A stretch of 64,000 nucleotides of DNA from a virus (Duplodnaviria > Caudoviricetes). Of the stretch, positions 1-11,128 are shown in pieces (position 1 is the stretch's first letter; each line of letters opens with the position of its first letter). The notes beneath the pieces are model-generated. The model saw only the letters and a program-made list of their open reading frames with translations. It did not search any database and was not told the DNA's origin. The stretch is taken from the IMG/VR virus record IMGVR_UViG_3300005546_000002, positions 1 to 64,000 of that record, one strand, 5' to 3'. The position numbers were made by a program, and so were the translations under genes.

Positions 1-648
1 TTTCTTCCGGTTGTTTTACTTCGTCTGCCAAGCCTTTACCCTCTCTGCTATCTACGCTTCCATCTCGCCGGGTTGGAGGCGTCTTCGCAGCCTCTGAAAC
101 TGATCGCAGATGCACCTGTTATCTGGCGCATACCAAACGCAGCCTACACAATGTCCAGCTGCCCACTTCGGGCAATCTGCCGTGTTCCTACAGTACATTC
201 GCCGTTTGCGCGTAAAGCTGATCGTTAGAGCGCCAAACAACGCGAGCCCGTATAGTAGGAATGAACGCCGGTTGAATACTTCGCCGCCCCGAATCACGTT
301 TGTTTCTCCTTGGCCCGCTATCTAGTTGGATGGTGGGCCGTTTTGTTAGGGTTCATCGGACAACTACTCCTTTCAGTTTTGGTGATGATAGTTCGCCGTG
401 AGGCATCAGACTCATTGCGGTATCTTCCAGTCCGTCGCCTACGATGACAGCTTTCATGCTCCATTCCCGCAAACACCCTAAGCCGCAGAAATGAAGTGAA
501 CCGTCTACTGTAGCCGCGCCCTGAATCAAGTCGCCAAATTCTTTTAGCTTCAGCCCTTGAGAAATTGTCTTGCGACATTTGTTGCAGCTATAAGATTCCC
601 GTTTACTCATTGTTTATCTCCACATCGGCGCTGAAAGAATGCGCCGGG

Positions 649-1530
649 TTAATCCTTCCCCTCATCGTGAGCCGGTTCGTCTGCCCTTGCTCTCAATTCT
701 CGATCCGCATCCCACCAGCCTGCACGCCATGCTTGAACATAAGCCCAACCCGACTGTTCAATAGACGGACACTCAGTGATCGTTGCATCGTGAACACACC
801 GCGCTTCGTAGCCATCATCAAATGCGCCTTTGTTGTGGCCCTGATAGCGATCCGTTCCTTCTACCGGAGCCTCAATCGGAAAGGCTGGCCGGGTAAACGG
901 TTCCCCAAGTGTTGCCGGAACAGGCTCGCCTACTATCGGTGCGGGCGTGTGAATCTCGTCATCGGCCGGAGCGAACGGAACGCCGATTTGGTGGGCAAGG
1001 TTTTGTTCAAGCTGCGTCTCCAGTTCCACAACCCGCTTCCGGTCGATTATGCCCTGCGCGATTGCGATTACGTCAACTGGGGAGTAGTTCTCAAAATGGC
1101 CAGCAATTCCAGATACTGCCTCCCGGCCTTCGTCAACGGGCTTCCAGTCCTTCCGTCCTTTCCATTCTGCCTCGCATAAAATCTCACAAGCTTGCTCAAC
1201 CGTCATAGCAGGCGAGTGCGATGCGAGGGCAGCTAGAAGACGCGCCGCCTCCTCGTATCGGGCACATCGGACTGCTACGCGAGCTGGCTCATACCTTTCG
1301 CCCTTGTATGTTGCTGAACCTAATAAACGCACGACAAACCTCTGCGCGTCATGATCATGTTGGTTATTCCGTAATCGGCGCAGGACTTCGTCTATCGTCA
1401 TCGGCGTACACTCGCCTTCGTGTTGATAATCCTTCTCGCATTCAGGACTGTTACATGCTCGCCGCGTACCGTCAGGTCCGGTGTCGAGTAGAACGGTTGC
1501 GATTGCTTCAGCTTCTTGTCGTTTTGTCAT
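649..1530 (-). CDS. Hypothetical protein with C-terminal ribosome-modulation-factor (Rmf)-like motif
   Basis: C-terminus AFDDGYEA...CP...QAWRAGWWDA follows the Rmf GY..CP..W..GW pattern; start moved to ATG 1530. Confidence 0.45.
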   Translation of the reverse strand: MTKRQEAEAIATVLLDTGPDGTRRACNSPECEKDYQHEGECTPMTIDEVLRRLRNNQHDHDAQRFVVRLLGSATYKGERYEPARVAVRCARYEEAARLLAALASHSPAMTVEQACEILCEAEWKGRKDWKPVDEGREAVSGIAGHFENYSPVDVIAIAQGIIDRKRVVELETQLEQNLAHQIGVPFAPADDEIHTPAPIVGEPVPATLGEPFTRPAFPIEAPVEGTDRYQGHNKGAFDDGYEARCVHDATITECPSIEQSGWAYVQAWRAGWWDADRELRARADEPAHDEGKD

Positions 1531-2041
1531 TGTCTCGCTCCTCGATCTCGCCCGGCGCACGGCATGGCTTTACGGCAATCTCATACCATCCGTCCCCAAA
1601 CGTCACCTTCTGCGATGCGCCCTTGGGTGCGTTATACATCATCAGATCAACGATCGCTTTTAGCGCTTCTGGTCCTTCCTCAACCGCCAGTGGCGGGAGA
1701 GATCAAATATCGTCCATTCCGCACCAACTACCCGCGATGTCGCCAGTAGTTTTGGGATACTCCGCAGTCGCACCCGCGCATATTGGTGAGCGCGTGTCGC
1801 AGTGCTGCCAGTTATGCTCGCGGCCCTTTTTGGTCTCAAGCCAACCGATCTGATGTACTTCATGCTTGCACTTGCTACAAATCACAATGCCCGAACTCAT
1901 CGACCTTGCTCCTTCTCGCCCTCGCCAATCAGCGCGAGGGCTTTGCGAACCGTTTCTACCTGATAGACCCATAATGGCGATGATCCGTCTTCATCTTCCG
2001 TGACCAGATCAGAGCGTTTCACATCAAGCCAAAGCGTGTTG

Positions 2042-2482
2042 TTATCGCGATGCAGATTGATGATCGATAGCGCTTCCGCCAGCACCGCCCGCCCCCCCGC
2101 TGAGGGATTCTAGGGCGGCGGCGACAGCCCCTACTCTCCTTTCAACGTCGTTGGCAATCGTCTCATGGACTTCCAGCCACAGACATCGACATGCCTTCCG
2201 CGCTTCCTCAATCAGCCCCGCTACGTCATCGGGTGGGGTTGGGGTAGCTCGGCGGTTCCGTTCTTGCTGTGCGGCGGACTTCGCAATTTCAACGCCATCG
2301 GTTTGAAGCCATTCATTAACTCGCCCCTCGGCTGCTTCAAATTCCCTGTTCTTTCGCACTTCCGCAATCAGCCGCAACGTGTAATCTGCCCACTGTGCTT
2401 GCGTGCCATCGGGTTCAGTATCCTTTGCTTGTGCGTACTGCTCGAAGCTGGCTATCTCGTCTTCGGTTAATCGCTCGCTCAT
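2042..2482 (-). CDS. Hypothetical phage protein
   Basis: 146-aa ORF with GAGGAG upstream, in the co-oriented gene run. Confidence 0.55.
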   Translation of the reverse strand: MSERLTEDEIASFEQYAQAKDTEPDGTQAQWADYTLRLIAEVRKNREFEAAEGRVNEWLQTDGVEIAKSAAQQERNRRATPTPPDDVAGLIEEARKACRCLWLEVHETIANDVERRVGAVAAALESLSGGAGGAGGSAIDHQSASR

Positions 2483-2641
2483 CTCATCGCTCCTCGCTCG
2501 TTCCCGCCGCTCTGTTTCACCGATGCGAAGTAACCGCCATAGCCGCGCTTGCGAACAGCACCGAGCCGATAACTATCAGAACAACAACAATCGGTATCAG
2601 AGGAATATATACCACCACAAGGAAAATTCTATATCCAATGC

Positions 2642-3706
2642 TCATCTTTCAGCCCCTTCCGTCACGTTGACGTGACTTTCGGAGGGGAACTGCCTAACGC
2701 GTAAATCCTTCTCCCATTCGTACCAGTTCCCGCCTTTTTTGTCTCCCAGCTTAATCGGCCATCGAGTACCGTTCTGACACTGGCATAAAGCGCTATTGAT
2801 ATCAACACAAGGGGTTCCGCAGATATCAACGGGCCGCGATCCCATCTGCTTCATGAAAAACGGGACGTTTGCCGCTCTGCATTGATCCCGCACATCACGA
2901 GCCCATTGAACATCAAACGGCCTTGCGCCCGGTCCTGATTCGCCGCCGCATACGATCCAGTCAAGACGGAATCGTTGCTGTCCTTTATTAAGCTCGTCTG
3001 TTTCATCTAATGCGGAGATCGTTTTGAAGGATTCCCCAGCAAGCGGAATCCGAATAGAAGTGAAATCGACGGGACCTAGCGCGGGCTCATAACTCACCCA
3101 ACTAATCGCCGCTGGCGTCTTCAACAGCCACGGGATTCGCTCGTCTGCGGTCTTCTGGTCTTCGCAGGAAACGCCAAGATGGACATGCTTTGGCGCACTA
3201 TAGGGCGGACGATGGCCCATCTCTACTCCGTACCCATGTTTTGCTACAAGCAACCTTGTCGCTAACGAATCTCTTTCTCCGAGAGCATCGCCAAGCCGCC
3301 GCTCACCCATGACGTACTCCGCCATATACCTCTGCATCCGCTCTGGCCTCTTCGTGAGCACCTGAAAGATATGCTGCGGACAGAGCGCCATCACCGCGAA
3401 TACCCTGTCGATGTCTTCGTCGCTTAGTGTTTCGTGAAAGAGATCACTCATCGAGTTGACAAAGATTCGACGCGACTTCTTCCAGTGAAGCGGCTCTTCC
3501 AGCTTGTCTTCAGCCAATCGCACGTCCCCGGTCCACACAGGCCCGTTGCTCGTCAGTCGCGTCAGACCTTCATACGCTTGGCCCTTGCCGCTGAAGCGAT
3601 GCGCCTGTCTCATAGCATAGCAGTTCGTACAGCCAGCCGAAACGAGCGAGCAGCCGCGTGTCGGATTCCACGTCGCGTCAGTCCATTCTATAGAACTCTG
3701 ATTCAC
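2642..3706 (-). CDS. Phage Gp37/Gp68 (DUF5131) family protein
   Basis: IEWTDATWNP, CSLVSAGCTNCYA, FVNSMSDLFHE, LTKRPER, DWIVCGGESG, PFFMKQ signature motifs. Confidence 0.92.
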   Translation of the reverse strand: MNQSSIEWTDATWNPTRGCSLVSAGCTNCYAMRQAHRFSGKGQAYEGLTRLTSNGPVWTGDVRLAEDKLEEPLHWKKSRRIFVNSMSDLFHETLSDEDIDRVFAVMALCPQHIFQVLTKRPERMQRYMAEYVMGERRLGDALGERDSLATRLLVAKHGYGVEMGHRPPYSAPKHVHLGVSCEDQKTADERIPWLLKTPAAISWVSYEPALGPVDFTSIRIPLAGESFKTISALDETDELNKGQQRFRLDWIVCGGESGPGARPFDVQWARDVRDQCRAANVPFFMKQMGSRPVDICGTPCVDINSALCQCQNGTRWPIKLGDKKGGNWYEWEKDLRVRQFPSESHVNVTEGAER

Positions 3707-3997
3707 TTCTCTCCGCCCTTCAGCAAAGCACTCAGTTCGGCTTGATACAAAACACAGAACTCGCCAACAGCCGCGTCCCCGTCAGGATGAATTACAGCAA
3801 CACAATTCATACCGCTCGGAATACACGACGACACGATGTTCATCCCCGTTACCACGGAAAACTCGCCGTTTATATCGCCCTCTATCGGGCAGAACGTAAA
3901 CAGCCTGTCCACGCATCCCATCGACGCGTCAATCACGCAATTAGTCCATTTCTGCTGCATAAAACTTCTCAGTCACGTCAACGTGACGAATCTCTCA

Positions 3998-4105
3998 GAT
4001 TTGCGTTTTAAGCGACTTTTTCGACCCAATCCATATCATGGTACCTTTTTGACCCCAAACGTGCCTTAAAACGCCTTAGAACGCCGGGAAAGGGCATTTT
4101 AGAAG
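3998..4105. repeat. Intergenic element of about 105 bp, copy A
   Basis: TTTGCGTTTTAAGCG ... GTGCCTTAAAACGCCTTAGAACGCC, shared with copies at 15101, 48116 and 58430. Confidence 0.8.
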
Positions 4106-4509
4106 CCTATGATAGGTTGTTTTCGGCTTTAGTCCGGTTTTAGACACCAAGAACCTCTTTCGCTTCGTTTAATCGGCTCGCCCAAGTAGCATGATGAACA
4201 CAAGCCGAGCAATGAACGTTGTGCCGAGAATGATGGCAAAGAACCGGAGGCGGAACCAACGTCGCCCATTCAGCGAGCATGGCGGTCGTGTGTTCAGGAT
4301 ACTCGTACTTATACTTAGACGGGTCCGATTTCATATAATCACGATTCCTGTAGTGCGCGCTAGCTGACTAAGAATCGCCGGAGTGATAGCAATCTCAGAT
4401 GTTTCTGCAAACTGACGTGCTAGCTCATGCGAAACCTCGCAACCGCAAAGCGCGCAGCGATACTTACAAGCGACAAGGTCATCAATCCAATTATGCTCAT
4501 GGTCGGGCA

Positions 4510-5553
4510 TTAACTTACCGCCCCGCTCTTTTGCGTGTCCTTCGACTTCTCGGCCTGCTGGATAGCGACGCTCGCCATAACCGCTTCTCTGATCTCTGCC
4601 TGCAACACGGCATCAGAATCCAGCGTCTCCCGTGCTTTCTCCCGGCCTTGCCCGAGTCGATTGCCTTTGTAGGAAAACCACGCGCCGCTCTTCTCTATGA
4701 TCTTATGCTCAACTGCGAGATCGAGAACCGACATCATACCGGAGATACCTTTGCCATAGATTAGTTCGAATATCGCTTCGCGGAATGGCGGTGCCACTTT
4801 ATTCTTGACGACCTTCAAACGGGTCTGGGCTCCGATAACTTGCTCGCCGTCCTTGACGCTTCCGATGCGCCGGATATCCATCCGAACCGAGGCGTAGAAC
4901 TTGAGCGCTCTCCCGCCCGTAGTCGTCTCGTTCGGTCCCCACTGAGAGCCGCCTATCGTTGATCGAATCTGGTTGATAAAAACAAGGCAAGTATTCGACC
5001 GGGCCACCACTGCTGTTAGCTTCCTGAGTGCCTGAGACATCAACCGCGCCTGCTTACCGGGCAAGCTGTCGCCCATCTCTCCGGCTAGTTCGTCCCGAGG
5101 CACGAGCGCAGCAACGGAGTCCACAATAATCAAGTCGGTCGCTCCGGTGCGGATAAGCGCTTCAGTAATTTCCAACGCCTCTTCACCACATCCCGGCTGC
5201 GCGATAAACAGGTCTTCGACCGATACTCCGAGATTCTTAGCGTATTGCGTATCGAGCGCATGTTCGGCGTCGATGTAAGCACAGGCTCCGGTAAGCGTGC
5301 GCTGCGCGATAGCTACCATGTGAAGAGCCAAGGACGACTTGCCCCCGCCCTCCGGTCCATACAGCTCCGTGATCCTTCCCTTTGGAATACCGCCGACCCC
5401 GAGAGCAAGGTCAATAGCCATACAGCCAGTCGAGATGACTTGGACTTCCAGCGGCTTAGTATTCAAGGTTGTCAGAGTACCCTTCCCGAACCGCTTATCC
5501 AAGCTCGCTATAGCCAAGTCCATTGCCCGCCGCTTGATAGGATCGAAGGTCAT
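4510..5553 (-). CDS. recA: Recombinase RecA
   Basis: Full-length RecA motifs: [74 protein letters not shown]. Confidence 0.97.
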   Translation of the reverse strand: MTFDPIKRRAMDLAIASLDKRFGKGTLTTLNTKPLEVQVISTGCMAIDLALGVGGIPKGRITELYGPEGGGKSSLALHMVAIAQRTLTGACAYIDAEHALDTQYAKNLGVSVEDLFIAQPGCGEEALEITEALIRTGATDLIIVDSVAALVPRDELAGEMGDSLPGKQARLMSQALRKLTAVVARSNTCLVFINQIRSTIGGSQWGPNETTTGGRALKFYASVRMDIRRIGSVKDGEQVIGAQTRLKVVKNKVAPPFREAIFELIYGKGISGMMSVLDLAVEHKIIEKSGAWFSYKGNRLGQGREKARETLDSDAVLQAEIREAVMASVAIQQAEKSKDTQKSGAVS

Positions 5554-5814
5554 AATTGCTTCATTTTCCCTTTCTTAGCGCGAATCAAATAGTTCGTTGA
5601 TGTCCTTATAATGAACGCCGTTGTATTCGCCGCCCGCTGGTTTCCCTTGCGCGTCAACGTGATGAACCCAGACTCCGCCGCCAGCGCCTCTAATGACCAT
5701 CGTATAGGGCGGCTCCATGATAATCGGTTCTTCGATTGGCGTAACGTTGCAAAAGAGATTGTCCACCCCCTCTTGAAGAACACTCATCTGTGATTTACCT
5801 TCTTGAAAAATTGC

Positions 5815-5850
5815 TGACGGCGAGTAACCCGTAAAAGAAACTCGCCGCCA
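5815..5850 (-). terminator. Probable intrinsic terminator
   Basis: Minus-strand stem TGGCGGCGAGT/ACTCGCCGTCA followed by a T-rich tract, downstream of the 5887 ORF. Confidence 0.55.
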
Positions 5851-5886
5851 GACTTTAAGCCACCAAGGAGAAACGAATCAAATCTT

Positions 5887-6489
5887 TTACGGCTGTTCTG
5901 TGACTTCGCTGTCTGTCGGAGCCCCGAACCCGACCGCGTCGCCTGTCGTGACGATAATCGCATCCGAAACCGAAACAGGCTTCACGCCCTCACCGAGATC
6001 GGCATCGGCTGTCAGCGTGACCACGGTCGGAACCGGCACGCCGCCCGCGTCCAGCGAACTCGGGTGATTCGCCGTAATCTTTGCCTTGAGAGGATTGCTC
6101 GTGTCCTGAACGACCGTCACCGCGTCGTCAGAAGCCTCCCACTTCTCGCTCCCCGCCTCAACGGAAGTCGTAGCGCCCCTCTTATCGAGCGGCTTGCCGT
6201 ACTCCCGCGTAAACTCCTGAGTATCCTTGATTGTCATCTTTGATATTTCCTTTCCTTCGATTGTTATGCCCGTATCGAGAAACACGATACGAACCTTGTG
6301 AAAGCCCGGTTCAACCAGAGGCCCCTCCAGCGCATCAACCGCGCGGTCAAACCCGTCGAGAAATCTACCGACTCTCTCGTCGGCTAGCTGATCTAGTCCA
6401 ACAACGGGAGAACGAAGCCTTTCGAGTGCTACAATCAATCGCTTCGCCAACTCCCGTTCGCTTGTACCTAGCTTATGAATCCATTCCAT
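5887..6489 (-). CDS. Hypothetical protein; C-terminal half beta-rich, possibly Ig-like (true start may be 6237)
   Basis: T/V/A-rich beta pattern after MTIKDTQ, which has GGAA upstream. Confidence 0.45.
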   Translation of the reverse strand: MEWIHKLGTSERELAKRLIVALERLRSPVVGLDQLADERVGRFLDGFDRAVDALEGPLVEPGFHKVRIVFLDTGITIEGKEISKMTIKDTQEFTREYGKPLDKRGATTSVEAGSEKWEASDDAVTVVQDTSNPLKAKITANHPSSLDAGGVPVPTVVTLTADADLGEGVKPVSVSDAIIVTTGDAVGFGAPTDSEVTEQP

Positions 6490-6759
6490 TCCACGTCTCC
6501 CGTCACGTCAACGTGACTTTTTAGTGCGCCAACACCGATTGAGCAAATCGATAACCGGGAATCGCCGCGACCTCATAACAGACAGGACAGCGCTCAATCC
6601 GCTTATATTCCGTCGTCATCATCTCAGTATACCATGTGGAAAAGCAGGCCGCGCAGCAGACATTTCCCGTCCAGAGGACTCCGTCCGCCGAACAATACTG
6701 CGTTTGCAGTAGAACTGTCTTGTCGATTTGATTCTCCGGTATCATCGCCAACCTGAACC

Positions 6760-6800
6760 ATTATACTCCATTCTTGTTTTCAAAGTCAAGAATTATTTTC
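6760..6800 (-). promoter_or_regulatory. Sigma70-type promoter, conserved phage family, leftward
   Basis: AAAATAATTC-TTGACT (6784-6789), 18 bp, TATAAT (6760-6765). Confidence 0.7.
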
Positions 6801-6849
6801 TTTCGTTACAACGGTTAGAAATCAAGCAAACTTTTCCCGCCGAGCTTTG

Positions 6850-6888
6850 AAAATAACTCTTGACATTCCAGCCCAAAGAACCGATAAT
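6850..6888 (+). promoter_or_regulatory. Sigma70-type promoter, rightward
   Basis: AAAATAACTC-TTGACA (6860-6865), 17 bp, GATAAT (6883-6888); ATG at 6895 suggests a leaderless mRNA. Confidence 0.8.
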
Positions 6889-6894
6889 ACAGCT

Positions 6895-7302
6895 ATGACA
6901 AAGACAGCAAACAAACCGGCGCTGAAGAAAGGCGACGTGGTTTACTGGGTTACCGTAGGCGATAATGAAGCCGGTGTAGCTGAATACTGGGTTCCCCAGG
7001 TCCGTATCGAGTCGTGGGGGAAGAGACAGGGAACGGCGGTATATACGAATGAAGAAAGATACGCCCTACGCCGCTTCTACACCGATAACGCGGTAATGTT
7101 GCGAACGAAAGAGGAAGTAGAAGCGTACTGCGCTGAGCGCGGCATCGCTCGCTCAGAGCAAACCAAGGCTCGCCTACTGGTTATCACGCAGGACTGGATA
7201 GAAGAGTATTCGTCCAAGGCCAAGCCGGAAATCGTCGCTAAAGCTCAACGCGAGCTAGAGGCAATAAAGCGTCCGGCGAGCTTTACTATAAAGTACACCT
7301 AA
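6895..7302 (+). CDS. Hypothetical early protein
   Basis: ORF directly after the promoter; start moved to ATG 6895. Confidence 0.7.
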   Translation: MTKTANKPALKKGDVVYWVTVGDNEAGVAEYWVPQVRIESWGKRQGTAVYTNEERYALRRFYTDNAVMLRTKEEVEAYCAERGIARSEQTKARLLVITQDWIEEYSSKAKPEIVAKAQRELEAIKRPASFTIKYT

Positions 7303-7335
7303 TCAGCCTTGACGACAAAAGGGAGGAACCAGAAG

Positions 7336-8292
7336 ATGAGAACAGACATTCACAGCCCAAAGAACTTTGATCCGGCGAACTACAATTATGTAGGCTCTTT
7401 CGACAACTTCCCGGCTCCCGGTTCTTTCGTGAGCGCCAAAGAACAGACCTCATACGACACCGCCTTTGGAACAGTCTTGGCGTTTACTTACGATCACGCC
7501 GACTACAAAGCCGCTCACGATCTCTTGGAGCGCGAGGGAGCCAAAATCCACTTCGATTCCAACAAGGGTACTTCGCAGTGTGATCATTGCGGCGCTCACA
7601 TTCGCTACGTTTCAATCTACCGTCATATCGACGGCGAAGTCGTAGCAGTAGGCGATACCTGCGCGGCTGATCGTTTTGGATGCGCAGACCGCCGAGCGTT
7701 CGACATTAAACGGCTCAAGGAACACGCCGCTAGCGCTCGCGAGTCTCAACGAGCATTCGGCGCTGCCTCAACCTTCATTCAGCAAGCAGCCCCGGAACTG
7801 GCCGAATGGATGTTAAACCCAATCGCGAGCGAAGTCGGTCCGATTTTTCTCGATATATCCCGGAAGCTGATTCGGTACGGCAAAATATCCGAGAGACAGG
7901 TTGACTTCTGCCGCAGACTTCTTCAGGAATATTACGAACGACAACGGAACGGCGGGAAGAGTGATCGCGAGCTACAGTTTGAGAAAGAGCGGGAAGCCGC
8001 AGAAGACTGTCCGACCGGGCGCATCGTTATCATCGGGACCGTTCTCAGCACCAAAGTACAGGAGAGCGATTTCGGCCCGACGCTGAAGATGGTCGTCAAA
8101 GATGATCGCGGCTTTCGCGTATACGTGACCGTCCCTTCAACCCTGAGCCCCGAGAGAGGCGATAAGGTTCGATTCACAGCGACGGTTGAACCGAGCAACG
8201 ACGATCCTAAGTTTGGGTTTGGCAAACGCCCGAGCAAGGCCACGATACTCAGCGAGGAAGTCGTTAACGCTCCGCAGTCTATAGCTTTCTAA
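7336..8292 (+). CDS. Hypothetical protein with CxxC motif and C-terminal OB-fold-like region
   Basis: SD GGGAGG upstream; CDHC...C; C-terminal GTVLSTK...FG...GDKVRFTATVE pattern. Confidence 0.6.
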   Translation: MRTDIHSPKNFDPANYNYVGSFDNFPAPGSFVSAKEQTSYDTAFGTVLAFTYDHADYKAAHDLLEREGAKIHFDSNKGTSQCDHCGAHIRYVSIYRHIDGEVVAVGDTCAADRFGCADRRAFDIKRLKEHAASARESQRAFGAASTFIQQAAPELAEWMLNPIASEVGPIFLDISRKLIRYGKISERQVDFCRRLLQEYYERQRNGGKSDRELQFEKEREAAEDCPTGRIVIIGTVLSTKVQESDFGPTLKMVVKDDRGFRVYVTVPSTLSPERGDKVRFTATVEPSNDDPKFGFGKRPSKATILSEEVVNAPQSIAF

Positions 8293-8324
8293 AAGTCACG
8301 TCAACGTGATTCGGGAGAACCAAG

Positions 8325-8648
8325 ATGCCACTCAAGAAGATCAAGACAATCACAGGACACGCGGCTTATTTTCGGTTCAACTGCGAACTTAGCGACGAGC
8401 CGGTTGGATACATCCCGCGACAGGCGGACATTCCTTCGCCTTACTCTTACAGCCCGGTTCATCCGGTCTGGTTATGGTCAAAGCCGAATAAGAATCCGTT
8501 TACGTTCGGCGAAGACTTCCGCGTTATCTGCGTTGAGACGCGACATTCCAGACATGAGATATTCGAAGTCCCGGCTGAGATGATCAAGGCGACCGAGGAA
8601 GAAATTATCAGTATCCCGGTTTACACCGAGACTCAGGAGAAGATATGA
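8325..8648 (+). CDS. Hypothetical protein
   Basis: SD GGGAG; stop overlaps next start (ATGA). Confidence 0.6.
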   Translation: MPLKKIKTITGHAAYFRFNCELSDEPVGYIPRQADIPSPYSYSPVHPVWLWSKPNKNPFTFGEDFRVICVETRHSRHEIFEVPAEMIKATEEEIISIPVYTETQEKI

Positions 8649-9313
8649 GCAGGGTAATCAATTTCTCGGATCGCAAGCTCGCGCTCGCAATAGAGCCGGA
8701 GCCCCGCGAGCCCTCGCCTTATACCAGCCGCAAAGCCTCTTGCGGCTCTTTTGTTATCAGCGGGTCTACCGAATTGTATACCCCGCCTGCGTATGTCGAA
8801 CTTGTCAGGGAAACGCTCGGAGGTATCGACCTTGACCCGGCGTCTCACCCGCTCCCCCAGTCTTGGATCAAGGCTGGAACTTTCTGGCAAGAGTCGGACA
8901 GCGGACATATGCGAGCTTGGTTCGGGCGCGTCTTCTGCAATCCGCCCTATGGAAAGAACGAAAGTAACGGGTCTGTTGCGGCTGCTTGGGCGAACAAGAT
9001 GCGCTTCGAATACGGCTCCGGCAATATCGAAAGCGGTATCCTTCTAGTCAACTCCGTTCCCGGCTACAACTGGTACGAAGACCTTTGGGTTAGATACCCG
9101 GTTTGCTGCGTCAAAGATCGAATATGCTTTATCAAACCGGACGGAACCCCGGCGTCCCGCGCAGTTCGCGGACAGACGTTCGTCTACTTCGGGCGAAATC
9201 CCCGCAAGTTCAAAGAGGTTTTCAGTCGCATCGGTCGGGTTATCCCGCCCCTGAGCCACGTTGACGTGACGAATCCTTTCGCTCCGAAGAGAAAAGGCAG
9301 GGGCAGCATATAG
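8645..9313 (+). CDS. Phage Dam-like DNA N6-adenine methyltransferase (paralog 1)
   Basis: YTP, IDLDPAS (SAM binding), FCNPPY (catalytic motif). Confidence 0.88.
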   Translation: MSRVINFSDRKLALAIEPEPREPSPYTSRKASCGSFVISGSTELYTPPAYVELVRETLGGIDLDPASHPLPQSWIKAGTFWQESDSGHMRAWFGRVFCNPPYGKNESNGSVAAAWANKMRFEYGSGNIESGILLVNSVPGYNWYEDLWVRYPVCCVKDRICFIKPDGTPASRAVRGQTFVYFGRNPRKFKEVFSRIGRVIPPLSHVDVTNPFAPKRKGRGSI

Positions 9314-9334
9314 AACTTTCCACCCTCTAGATAG

Positions 9335-9373
9335 AAAATAACTCTTGACATTCCTTTTACCTTCGACGATAAT
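9335..9373 (+). promoter_or_regulatory. Sigma70-type promoter
   Basis: AAAATAACTC-TTGACA (9345-9350), 17 bp, GATAAT (9368-9373). Confidence 0.8.
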
Positions 9374-9382
9374 AGCCTTACC

Positions 9383-9796
9383 ATGAAGCAAACGCCCAAA
9401 AGAGAAAGTCGCAACGTTAAGAACCAAGGAATGAACTGGATTAGGCCGGAGAAGCGCGTTGCCATCTATCTCCGCGACGGCCTAGCCTGTTCTTATTGCG
9501 ATCAGGGCGTGGAAGAGGGAGTCCGATTAACGCTCGATCATCTTACGGCCTACTCTCGTGGCGGGTCAAACGAGGCCACGAATCTCGTAACCTGCTGCTC
9601 GCGCTGCAATAGTTCTCGCGGGAATCGTCCGTGGAGACAGTTTGCAGCCTCAGTAGCGATTTACCTGAACCACGGCATCAAAGCCGAACAGATTATTCAG
9701 CATATCAGCCGAACCCGCAGGCGTGTTCTTGATTTGAACGCCGCCAAAGAGCTAATCGCTCTCCGAGGCGGGTTCAGCGCGGCATTAAACAAATGA
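9383..9796 (+). CDS. HNH endonuclease
   Basis: RDGLACSYC...LTLDHL...GGSN...NLVTCCSRCN. Confidence 0.9.
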   Translation: MKQTPKRESRNVKNQGMNWIRPEKRVAIYLRDGLACSYCDQGVEEGVRLTLDHLTAYSRGGSNEATNLVTCCSRCNSSRGNRPWRQFAASVAIYLNHGIKAEQIIQHISRTRRRVLDLNAAKELIALRGGFSAALNK

Positions 9797-10797
9797 ATCA
9801 AGCAGAAATCACACTCGAACTCAGCAAACTCGCGTCCGAACAGTTCAAGGACGACACTTTGAGCTATTTCGCTGAGAGCAATCAAGGCCGGTTCGGGAGC
9901 TTGAATCAACAACAGGCTCGGAGCCGGAAGTCTCGCAGACAGGAGCGCGAGATAGAATTGCTCGCGATCTTGCGGGAACGCGGGTTATCCTACGACCCGC
10001 CCGAGTTTGAAATTACCTTTGCAGTCCGGGCGACAAAAAGCGCAGTCGAGGTAAGCAGAGGCTGGAAGCAAGGATATACGGCTGTCCCGGTCAGCTCTGT
10101 TGTAGCCGAAGCTGGATTTCGGTTCGCTCTAATAACCGGAGACTGCCCTCACACAGTCAGAGGCTCTTCCTTTCAGGAAGCCTCCGATAGAGCTTTAGCA
10201 GAACACAGGGAGAAATGTTTATGAGCGCAATCTACGAAGACCCGGTTTACGACGAGTCGCTTCAAGTTGTCGAACCGGAACAGGAGAATGACAATGAAGA
10301 AAGAGAATAGCCCGGAACCTCCGCGTGTACCAGAAAGCAACGAGCGACGGTTCCATAAAACGAGGGACAAGCATAGCGGGTGCGTTATCAAGTACGTCAC
10401 AATCGACAACGAAGTATGCTATCGCATCATGGGTACGAGCCAGATTCGCCATAGCAAGCTCGCGAACTTTCTTCGCGCTTGGGAGCCCTCTAACTAATGC
10501 TCGCTCGCTACAAGAACAAAGACTACGTTCTGCTTCAGCGGCGCAAACGCGGCTCCGGCTCTCAGGTCCATCTTGGCTTTCTCGACGGTACTAAGGACTT
10601 CTGGGTGCAAGCCGAAAAGATATCGAAGAGTCAGTCGCGAAGAAGTCACGTTGACGTGACGAAATATACCGTGTTTTGCCGGGCCTGTCCCGAACGAGCA
10701 GAGCGAGTCTGCGAGTCCTGCCAGCGCCCGCTCTGTCAATCCGACTTCGATAATCACCGCTGTCCTCCGGCCTCGTAAAAAAATCTCAGCTAGAATG

Positions 10798-10836
10798 AAA
10801 ATAACTCTTGACATTTCTAGCTCTCGGACTCATAAT
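10798..10836 (+). promoter_or_regulatory. Sigma70-type promoter
   Basis: AAAATAACTC-TTGACA (10808-10813), 17 bp, CATAAT (10831-10836); SD AGGAGG before ATG 10865. Confidence 0.8.
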
Positions 10837-10864
10837 AGAGCCCGACGACGAAAAGGAGGGAACC

Positions 10865-11128
10865 ATGAAGAAATTTACTTGGAAGCCAGGCATCCGACAA
10901 TACGGAAGTGGTGAGATACTTTATGTCGGAAAATGGCCGGTCGGCTCGGTTAGCTATTCAGCTAATGTTCCTCGCGAAGACCCTAAGAAATACGTCGCTT
11001 GCTCCCGACTGCCGGGGCTAAAAAGCGATCTCGGGCATTTTGAAAAATTGCAGGACGCCAAGCTGAAAGTTGAAGCGGCTACAGCTTACTGGTTCACAAA
11101 AGCCGGGCAAGAGGAAGAGGTAAAGTGA
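10865..11128 (+). CDS. Hypothetical early protein
   Basis: Strong SD and promoter; start moved to ATG 10865. Confidence 0.65.
   Translation: MKKFTWKPGIRQYGSGEILYVGKWPVGSVSYSANVPREDPKKYVACSRLPGLKSDLGHFEKLQDAKLKVEAATAYWFTKAGQEEEVK

Noticed and set aside
5647-5662. Additional palindrome copy (GCGTCAACGTGAT)
   Set aside because: Left arm too degenerate; not counted among the 30
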